Shown: positions 31,913 through 38,698 of the stretch, piece by piece
How positions within the stretch are numbered: position 1 is the first letter of the stretch
Layout: each line of letters starts with the position of its first letter
NCBI GenBank assembly: GCA_963760615.1
Contig: CAVXDX010000004.1
Coordinates: 32,001-96,000 of the forward strand
Direction of reading: 5' to 3'
Origin: an uncultured Candidatus Micrarchaeota archaeon
GTDB lineage: Archaea; Micrarchaeota; Micrarchaeia; Burarchaeales; Fermentimicrarchaeaceae
Length of the DNA: 64,000 nucleotides
Translations under genes and position numbers: made by a program
Notes under the pieces: model-generated
What the model saw: the letters and a program-made list of their open reading frames with translations, nothing else
Databases searched by the model: none
Told to the model about the DNA's origin: nothing

Positions 31913-33237
31913 GGGACCATCCCCAGCTTGCCCCCACCGCCTTTCATAAACCGTTCAACCTGCCTCCTCAATCCTCTGTTCTTTTTGAATGCGTTCATGA
32001 ACTTCTTCATCTTCTCAAACTGGCTTAACAAATCTCTGACGTCCTCAGCCTTCGTGCCAGAGCCTTTCGCTATCCTCTCAATTCTGCTCTTGTTCTTTCT
32101 AACAAGCTCAACATCCTTCCTCTCAGCCTTTGTCATGGAGCCTATTATAACTTCATACTTTTTCAGCTTCTCCTCACTCTGCTCCATGAGCTCCTTTGGC
32201 AGGTCAACCATCCCCATCATCTGGAAGACACTTTTGAGTGGCCCCATCTTCTTCGTTGCCTTGAGCTGCTCGTAGAAGCTCTCTATGGTCAGCTCCTCTT
32301 CAAGCAGCTTCTCTGCCCCAGTTTCTTCAATTCCTGCCTGCTTAACCTTCTCAAGCAGCGCTTCCAAGTCAGGAAAGCCCAGCAGCCTCCCAACGAACTT
32401 CTTGGCATCGAAAACCTCAAAATCCTCAAGCTTCTCCCCTGTTCCTATAAAGGCAACCTTTGCTCCAGATGCTGCAACCGAGCTGAGTGCTCCTCCCCCT
32501 TTACCGCTTCCATCCATCTTTGTGACAAGCACCCCGGTGATGCCAACTGCCTTGTTGAACTCCTCAGCTTGCTTCCTTGCAATCTGACCTATATCTGCAC
32601 TAACCACAAGGAGCTTCTCATCAGGCTTCAATACATCATTTATCTCTTTAAGCTCCTTCTGCAGCTCCTCATCAAAAGCATCCCTGCCCGATGAATCAAC
32701 AATCACAACATCCTTATCTCTGAAATGCTCAAGCCCCCCCCTCACTATTTTTTTAACGTCTCTTTCTCCCTTAATTCCATAGAAAGGAACGCTTGTTTTT
32801 GCTGCAAGCTGCTCCACCTGCTCATATGCGGCTGGCCTGTATGTATCGCAGCAGACAAGCCCCACACTCAAACCTCTGTCCCTGTAGAACTTGGCAAGCT
32901 TTGCGGTGCTTGTTGTTTTTCCGCTTCCGAAAAGTCCAAGCAGCAGCACCTTCTGCTTCCCCAGCTTCGGCTCGTGCTTCTCACCCATCAGTGCAACAAG
33001 CTCATCATAGACAACCTTCACAACATGCTCCCTTGCACCTATCCCTCCTGCAGGCTTCTCCTTCAAGGCTCTCTCCTGAATCTTTTTGGAGAGCTCAAAG
33101 ACAAGCTTCACGTTCACGTCATTGCTTATGAGCACCCTCTGCAATTCCTTCACTAGCTCGGCTACTGCTTTCTCATCCACTATTGCTGCGCCAGTTATCC
33201 TAGCAAGCGCCTTCCGTAACCCTGCTCCCAAATCCAT
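31909..33237 (-). CDS. srp54: Signal recognition particle protein SRP54
   Basis: GLFGSGKTT, DTYRPAA, DSSGR, TKMDGSGKGGG, M domain. Confidence 0.96.
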   Translation of the reverse strand: MDLGAGLRKALARITGAAIVDEKAVAELVKELQRVLISNDVNVKLVFELSKKIQERALKEKPAGGIGAREHVVKVVYDELVALMGEKHEPKLGKQKVLLLGLFGSGKTTSTAKLAKFYRDRGLSVGLVCCDTYRPAAYEQVEQLAAKTSVPFYGIKGERDVKKIVRGGLEHFRDKDVVIVDSSGRDAFDEELQKELKEINDVLKPDEKLLVVSADIGQIARKQAEEFNKAVGITGVLVTKMDGSGKGGGALSSVAASGAKVAFIGTGEKLEDFEVFDAKKFVGRLLGFPDLEALLEKVKQAGIEETGAEKLLEEELTIESFYEQLKATKKMGPLKSVFQMMGMVDLPKELMEQSEEKLKKYEVIIGSMTKAERKDVELVRKNKSRIERIAKGSGTKAEDVRDLLSQFEKMKKFMNAFKKNRGLRRQVERFMKGGGGKLGMVP

Positions 33238-33354
33238 AGAAATCTCAGAATATACTTTGTACGTAGCCTATTTAATTCGTTACTGGAAATTTTACAGAAT
33301 ATGCATCAGAACACGTTCCAGCTGAAACCGTATTTAGGAGTGGCAGCATCAATA

Positions 33355-33362
33355 TTTTAAAT
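33355..33362 (+). promoter_or_regulatory. TATA box for tRNA-Ile
   Basis: TTTTAAAT about 27 nt upstream of the tRNA 5' end. Confidence 0.5.
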
Positions 33363-33388
33363 GTTAATAGACGAAATATACCTACAAT

Positions 33389-33489
33389 GGGCCCGTAGCT
33401 CAGTTGGTCAGAGCGGCAGTCTTATACGACGCGCTCTTACACAAGTCTAGGAAAGCTGTAGGTCGAGAGTTCAAATCTCTCCGGGCCCA
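33389..33489 (+). tRNA. trnI-UAU: tRNA-Ile(UAU) with 27-nt intron at 37/38 (33427-33453)
   Basis: Acceptor GGGCCCG/CGGGCCC+A, D-arm GCTC/GAGC, anticodon stem GCAGT/GCTGT, T-arm GAGAG-TTCAAAT-CTCTC; canonical BHB (CTTA/TAGG central helix, GAC/GTC outer helix); CCA not encoded. Confidence 0.92.
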
Positions 33490-33502
33490 TACAGGTTTTT
33501 GG

Positions 33503-33826
33503 ATGAGAAGAGGAAACAAGCCAGGTTTTCTCCTGCAGGTTGTGAGGGAGAGAATAAACATACTTTTCCAGCTCGCAGAGAAGGAGCTCAAGACGCATCC
33601 TGAGAGAGCGAGGAGGTATGTCTCCCTTGCAAGAAAGCTCGGCATGAAGTATAATGTGAGGTTCTCTCCAAAGCTCAAGAGGAGGTTCTGCAAGCAATGC
33701 GGAATTCTCTGGGTTCCAGGCTATAACCTGAAGGTGAGAGTGAACTCAAGGAAAAAGATGATGGAATACCGATGCGAGTGCGGAGCAGTGAGGAATTTTT
33801 CGCTGCATTCGAAGGTAAGTGAGTAA
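33503..33826 (+). CDS. rnp4: Ribonuclease P protein component 4 (Rpp21)
   Basis: RERINILF..A....P.RARRY..LARK, FCKQC...CECG zinc ribbon; start at ATG 33503. Confidence 0.9.
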   Translation: MRRGNKPGFLLQVVRERINILFQLAEKELKTHPERARRYVSLARKLGMKYNVRFSPKLKRRFCKQCGILWVPGYNLKVRVNSRKKMMEYRCECGAVRNFSLHSKVSE

Positions 33827-33873
33827 ATTAATATACTTTAGTTGATTAAACTTATACTCTCTGAGGTGAAGAG

Positions 33874-34293
33874 ATGAAAAGTGTTTACGATGTGCCGGCA
33901 GACAGGCTCCTAAAGAAAGCTGCAGAGAAGCTCAAGGATGTTTCAGAGGTGAAGGCACCTGACTGGATGGAGTTTGCAAAGTCAGGAGCTCACCGAGAGA
34001 GACCTCCAGAGCAGGAGGACTTCTGGTATACCCGCTGCGCTTCCATACTGAGGAAGCTCTACATGGAGTCACCCATGGGAGTGAGCAGGATGAGAAGGGA
34101 GTATGGAGGGAGGAAGCACAGAGGAGTTAAACCAGAGAGATTCAGGAAGGGGAGCGGCTCTGTGGCGCGAGAAGCTTTGCAGCAGCTTGAGAAGGCAGGC
34201 TTCGTAGGGCACACCAAGAAGGGAAGGCACATAACAGGAAAGGGTAAAGCATTTCTTGACTCCGCCGCAAAGGAGGCATCAAAGGTGAGCTAG
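33874..34293 (+). CDS. rps19e: 30S ribosomal protein S19e
   Basis: VYDVPAD, KSGAHRERPP, WYTRCASILRK, GSGSVAR. Confidence 0.96.
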   Translation: MKSVYDVPADRLLKKAAEKLKDVSEVKAPDWMEFAKSGAHRERPPEQEDFWYTRCASILRKLYMESPMGVSRMRREYGGRKHRGVKPERFRKGSGSVAREALQQLEKAGFVGHTKKGRHITGKGKAFLDSAAKEASKVS

Positions 34294-34294
34294 C

Positions 34295-34600
34295 TTGGGA
34301 GAGAATGAAGCAGAAGGGCAGAAGGAGCTGAGGGAAAGGCTCATGAAATACCAGCAGGCTAGGGAGCTTGAGATGCAGAAGAAGTTCGCATTGAAGTATA
34401 TTGTTGACGCCCAGGCGTATGAGAGGCTCATGAACGTGAGAATAGCAAACCCCGCGCTCTATGACCAGCTCGTCACAATGCTCGTATACTTATACCAAAA
34501 TAAACAGGTGAAGGGCAAGGTAACAGATGAGCAGCTCAAGACAATCCTTGCAAGGATAACAGCAAGAAAGGAGCCTGAGATAATATTCAAAAAGAAGTGA
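34295..34600 (+). CDS. PDCD5-like DNA-binding protein
   Basis: AYERLMNVRIANP, VTDEQLK; conserved position after rps19e; TTG start. Confidence 0.88.
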   Translation: MGENEAEGQKELRERLMKYQQARELEMQKKFALKYIVDAQAYERLMNVRIANPALYDQLVTMLVYLYQNKQVKGKVTDEQLKTILARITARKEPEIIFKKK

Positions 34601-34604
34601 TGCT

Positions 34605-34769
34605 ATGGGAAGTGTGAAAACAAGCAGGAAGAAAACTGCCCTTGGGGCAGCCATGAGAAGGAGTAAGAGAATACCCGTATTCGTTGTTGCGAAGACGAAC
34701 AGGAGAATCAGAACCAACCCGCATGCCAGGAACTGGAGGAGAAGGAAGCTTAAGCTTCATATGAAATAG
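34605..34769 (+). CDS. rpl39e: 50S ribosomal protein L39e (not in ORF track)
   Basis: Manual translation MGSVKTSRKKTALGAAMRRSKRIPVFVVAKTNRRIRTNPHARNWRRRKLKLHMK; conserved position. Confidence 0.93.
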   Translation: MGSVKTSRKKTALGAAMRRSKRIPVFVVAKTNRRIRTNPHARNWRRRKLKLHMK

Positions 34770-34777
34770 GTGAGCCG

Positions 34778-35104
34778 ATGGTTGAAGAGCTGGAGAGAGT
34801 ATACACAGTGTCGCTCGTGGGCGCATACAAAACAGTGAGAAGGAAAAGGACCTCAAGAGCAGTCAAGCTGCTGAAATCCTTCCTCGCGAGGCACATGAAA
34901 ACCCAGGAGGAGAGGGTGAAGGTTAGCGCTGAGGTGAACTCATTCCTTTGGCAGAGAGGGATGCAGAGGCCACCCAGAAGGGTCAAGGTGAAGGTGAAAA
35001 GGGACGCCAAGGGAGAGGTTTCTGTAAGCCTTGTGGAGGAGCCAAAAGCCGAGAAGCCATCTGAGAAACCTGCAGAGCCAAAGCAGGAGGAGAAGAAGGG
35101 GTAA
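34778..35104 (+). CDS. rpl31e: 50S ribosomal protein L31e
   Basis: ERVYTVSL, RAVKLLKSFLARHMK, WQRGMQRPP. Confidence 0.95.
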   Translation: MVEELERVYTVSLVGAYKTVRRKRTSRAVKLLKSFLARHMKTQEERVKVSAEVNSFLWQRGMQRPPRRVKVKVKRDAKGEVSVSLVEEPKAEKPSEKPAEPKQEEKKG

Positions 35105-35108
35105 GTTG

Positions 35109-35780
35109 ATGCATTTTGCAAAGGCAGCCATTGAGGGAAACTCATTCCTTGGAATCTTTGCAAAAACCAACGACTCCATCACGCTGCTCCCAAAGAACTC
35201 ATCAGAGAAGCTCAAAAAAGTCTGCTCAGAAGTCCTGAAAACGCAGGTTGTCACGGCAACAATCTCCAACTCAAACCTCATAGGCATATTCTCCGCGATG
35301 AATTCAAACGGCATGGTGCTTCCAGCTGCAGTTTATGATTATGAGCTGAATGAGCTCAGGGAGGCAGGTCTCAACGTGTCGGTGATTGATGACAGGAACT
35401 CGGCATTTGGCAACAATATACTGACGAATGACTCGGCATGCCTTATCAACCCCTCCATGAGCAACAGGAGCATGAGGAACATTGCGGACTGCCTTGGTGT
35501 GGAGGTTGTGAAAGGGAGAGTCGGTGGGTATAAAACAGCGGGAGTCTCTGCAGTTGTTACAAACAACGGGCTGCTTACAAAGACGAGTGTAACTGATGAG
35601 GAGCTCGCCTTCCTGGAGGGCCTCTTCAAGGTGAAGGGTGCTGTGGGCACTGCAAACATGGGGGTGCCTTTCATTGGGCTGTGCATGCTTGCAAACAGGA
35701 ATGGGTTTGTTGCAGGTGAATTGACAAGCGGGTTTGAGCTGAACAGAATTGATGAAGCGCTTGGCTTCATCGGCAGGTGA
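35109..35780 (+). CDS. eif6: Translation initiation factor 6
   Basis: GNSFLGIF, SNLIG...NSNG, GNNILTND, GTANMG; start at ATG 35109. Confidence 0.94.
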   Translation: MHFAKAAIEGNSFLGIFAKTNDSITLLPKNSSEKLKKVCSEVLKTQVVTATISNSNLIGIFSAMNSNGMVLPAAVYDYELNELREAGLNVSVIDDRNSAFGNNILTNDSACLINPSMSNRSMRNIADCLGVEVVKGRVGGYKTAGVSAVVTNNGLLTKTSVTDEELAFLEGLFKVKGAVGTANMGVPFIGLCMLANRNGFVAGELTSGFELNRIDEALGFIGR

Positions 35781-35784
35781 TTGC

Positions 35785-36111
35785 GTGAGTATTGTGACTT
35801 TTGATGAGTTCAGGAATATGGATTTCCGCGTAGGGGAAGTTGAGAGCGCGGAGAAGGTTCCGAACACTGACAGACTCATAAAGATGATTATAAATATAGG
35901 GGCGGAGAAAAGACAAGTAATAGCGGGTATAGGCAACAGCTATGAACCTGACCAGCTTGTGAGTAGAAAGCTGGTGATTCTGGCTAACCTTGAGCACAAG
36001 AAATTCAAGGGTCTTGAATCCGAGGCGATGATACTCGCAGCTGACTGGGAGGGCGGCACGGTGGTCATTTTCGTTGGTGATGATGTTCCGGTTGGAACAA
36101 GAGTGGTGTGA
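35785..36111 (+). CDS. Stand-alone tRNA-binding OB-fold protein (Trbp111/CsaA/MetG-C-like)
   Basis: FDEFRNMDFRVG, DRLIKM, RQVIAGI, LANL...GLESEAMILAA; GTG start assumed. Confidence 0.88.
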   Translation: MSIVTFDEFRNMDFRVGEVESAEKVPNTDRLIKMIINIGAEKRQVIAGIGNSYEPDQLVSRKLVILANLEHKKFKGLESEAMILAADWEGGTVVIFVGDDVPVGTRVV

Positions 36112-36290
36112 TTATGAAGTACTCAATAGACGGTGAGATGCTCCTGAAGGGAGAGAAGAGGAAATTCCACAAGGAGGTGGAAGTAGACAACAAGAAAAGG
36201 GCAATTGAGAGGGTCTACATGTCTCTCGGGAGCAACCACGGGCTGAGCAGGAAGAATATAACCATAGCATCAGTGCAGGAGGTGAAATGA
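36108..36290 (+). CDS. rplX: 50S ribosomal protein LX (L18Ae)
   Basis: F.KEVE...AIERVYMSLGSNHGLSRKNI; conserved position. Confidence 0.88.
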   Translation: MIMKYSIDGEMLLKGEKRKFHKEVEVDNKKRAIERVYMSLGSNHGLSRKNITIASVQEVK

Positions 36291-36763
36291 TGGCAGGCAA
36301 AGATGATATGGCGAAGATTGCATACGAGATGCAGCTCTACAGGGAGGAGGCGCAGGTGATTCAGCAGCAGCTTGCAAACCTGCAGATAAACTACTCCTCA
36401 GCAGAGGCCGCAGTTCAGACTCTTGAGAACCTCAGCAAGCTCCAGAAGGATGAGGACATGCTGCTCCCGATAGGCTCCGGAGCATACATAAAGTCAAAGG
36501 TTGGGAGCAATGACGTTGCTCTTATAGATGTTGGAGCCGGGGTTATTGTTGAGAAGCCAGTCCCAGAGGCAGTGACATTCCTGAAGTCAAAGATGGGGGA
36601 GATGGATTCAATAAAGGACAAGCTGCAGAAGAACTTCGTGGAAATCTCCAATAAAATGAAATCTCTGGAGGAGTCCGCGAACAGACTCATGGAGAAGATG
36701 AGGGCGGACAAGGAAATAAAACCCTACAAGGACGAGGATGTGGAGCATCAGGAGTATAGGTAA
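36287..36763 (+). CDS. pfdA: Prefoldin alpha subunit
   Basis: LLPIGSGAY, LIDVGAGVIVEK flanked by coiled coils. Confidence 0.93.
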   Translation: MMAGKDDMAKIAYEMQLYREEAQVIQQQLANLQINYSSAEAAVQTLENLSKLQKDEDMLLPIGSGAYIKSKVGSNDVALIDVGAGVIVEKPVPEAVTFLKSKMGEMDSIKDKLQKNFVEISNKMKSLEESANRLMEKMRADKEIKPYKDEDVEHQEYR

Positions 36764-36780
36764 AAGTCGGGCGCATAGGG

Positions 36781-37842
36781 ATGTTCAACCTTCTGAAGAA
36801 CAAACTCTCCTCTTTTGTAAACTCTCTCTCTAGGAAGGTTGAGGAAAAACCTGAGGAGCCTGCCCCGAAGCAGAAGGAGAAAAAGCCCAGAGCAGAGGAG
36901 AAGCCTCAGAAGGTGCATGCTGAAAAGCCTAGTGAGGAGAAGAGAGAGCTGAAGCTCAGCCTTGAGACGAGGGTCAGAAGCATACTATCACCTGAAGTTG
37001 AGATAAGAGAGAAAGATGTTTCTGGACTGCTTGAAGAACTTGAGCTCTCATTGCTGGAGGCAGATGTAGCCTATGATGCTGCAAGGAGCATCACCTCTGA
37101 TATGAGGAACAAGCTTATTGGGATGCATGTAAACAAAAACGAGGTCGGCAGGGCCGCCCATGACGTTGTGAGGGCGACTCTCCTAGAGGTCATGGAGAAG
37201 GAGAAGCCCGATGTCGTTGAGCTGGCCCGTAAGAAGGTCTCCTCTGGCGGGGTGTTTGTGATACTTTTCCTTGGGCCCAACGGCTCTGGCAAGACGACAA
37301 CAATTGCAAAGATGGCGAATCTCTTCAAGAAGAACAGCCTCTCCTGTGTGATTGCAGCTGCAGATACATGGAGGGCAGCTTCCCAGGAGCAGGCCGAAGT
37401 GTGGGCTGGGAGGCTGGGCATAAAGGCGGTTGGGGGGCAGTACGGCTCAGACCCAACTTCCATAGCATGGAATGCGCTCGCCCATGCCAAGGCCAAAGGA
37501 ATAAACATCGTGCTCATAGACACTGCAGGAAGGCAGGAGACAAGTAAGAATCTGATGAAGGAGCTTGAGAAGATGAACCGAGTGCTGAAGCCGGATTTGA
37601 AAGTGTACATTGGGGAGGCTCTTACTGGCAACGCCATTGTGGAACAGGTGAAGGAGTTTGACAAGCTCATAGGTGTGGATGGAGTGATACTCACAAAGGC
37701 GGATGTGGATGAGAAGGGAGGAGCTGCTCTCTCAGTCTTTCACTCAACTGGCAAGCCCATCCTATACCTGGGCGTAGGACAAGAGCTGGATGATATTCAG
37801 GAGTTCTCTCCGAATTTTGTTATAAGAACTCTCCTTGCTTAG
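36781..37842 (+). CDS. ftsY: SRP receptor FtsY
   Basis: GPNGSGKTTT, ADTWRAAS, DTAGR, TKADVDEKGG. Confidence 0.95.
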   Translation: MFNLLKNKLSSFVNSLSRKVEEKPEEPAPKQKEKKPRAEEKPQKVHAEKPSEEKRELKLSLETRVRSILSPEVEIREKDVSGLLEELELSLLEADVAYDAARSITSDMRNKLIGMHVNKNEVGRAAHDVVRATLLEVMEKEKPDVVELARKKVSSGGVFVILFLGPNGSGKTTTIAKMANLFKKNSLSCVIAAADTWRAASQEQAEVWAGRLGIKAVGGQYGSDPTSIAWNALAHAKAKGINIVLIDTAGRQETSKNLMKELEKMNRVLKPDLKVYIGEALTGNAIVEQVKEFDKLIGVDGVILTKADVDEKGGAALSVFHSTGKPILYLGVGQELDDIQEFSPNFVIRTLLA

Positions 37843-37888
37843 CAGAAGCGACGAAAATTCACGCCCTTCAGGGGCTGGGACCATGTCA
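37843..37888 (+). mobile_element. Decayed IS200/IS605 (tnpB-type) right-end remnant
   Basis: GAAAATTCACGCCCTTCAGGGGCTGGGACCATGTCA resembles the hairpin plus ATGTCA terminus I recall for these elements; no transposase or tnpB ORF present. Confidence 0.5.
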
Positions 37889-37890
37889 CC

Positions 37891-38622
37891 TCATTTGCCT
37901 TTTGCCAAACCCGCAGCAATAATCAAACCGAAGTACAAAACGTAAAAAATAATTACCAGCGCTATGGCAACAAGGACTGGGATTAATACAACGGCTATTG
38001 CCTTGTTCCTTGTTAAGTTGTGGACATATTTGATAATCAGATATCTAATATAGAGGTTGTACACGGCAAAGGCCATCATTACCGGTTGGGTGAACAGGCC
38101 CAAGCACGGAATCATTGATACTGCCACGAAAGGTGTCATCATGACTAAAAGCGTAGCAGTCTGCAATGCTTCCAGATAGGCATTCGCGGTATATCTCCCG
38201 GTCCCCCCTAATAACCTAGCAAGCAAGAACTCAATGCCCGAGTATCCAAGCCAGCTAACTATGGAGAACAGGACCATAAATACAATTATCGCTATGACTA
38301 TGAGCACGGCTACAACAATAGTCCATACGCAGGCATTTATACCACCAGCGAGCGTCAAGGGTATGAGCGTTATTCCAAGGAAGAAGCCCATAAAGGTGCC
38401 GAGTAACAAAACCAATACTATCGAATAGAAGAAACTAGACACCGCAATATCCTTCGCACCTCTGGAAAGGGAGGCATTCTTCATCTCACTTTTAATTGTC
38501 TTGCTTGGCTCAAACAGCATATCCTTCCAGACGGGCAGCCTCTCATACGGGATTTTTTTAATTATATTTTCGACAAACCCGCTAAGCCCCTCAATACGGT
38601 TGTCTACGTTTTTCTCAGCCAA
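37891..38622 (-). CDS. Yip1-family membrane protein
   Basis: WKDMLFEP, LARLLGGTG, about 5 TM helices. Confidence 0.75.
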   Translation of the reverse strand: MAEKNVDNRIEGLSGFVENIIKKIPYERLPVWKDMLFEPSKTIKSEMKNASLSRGAKDIAVSSFFYSIVLVLLLGTFMGFFLGITLIPLTLAGGINACVWTIVVAVLIVIAIIVFMVLFSIVSWLGYSGIEFLLARLLGGTGRYTANAYLEALQTATLLVMMTPFVAVSMIPCLGLFTQPVMMAFAVYNLYIRYLIIKYVHNLTRNKAIAVVLIPVLVAIALVIIFYVLYFGLIIAAGLAKGK

Positions 38623-38698
38623 TCAATCACCCATAAACTAAATATAAAATATGATATTTATAATCATTATCTGCTGCAGTTCATATCTCAAAAATCAA

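Noticed and set aside
33404-33502. N-terminal extension of the Rpp21 ORF
   Set aside because: It overlaps the tRNA-Ile gene; the real start is ATG 33503.
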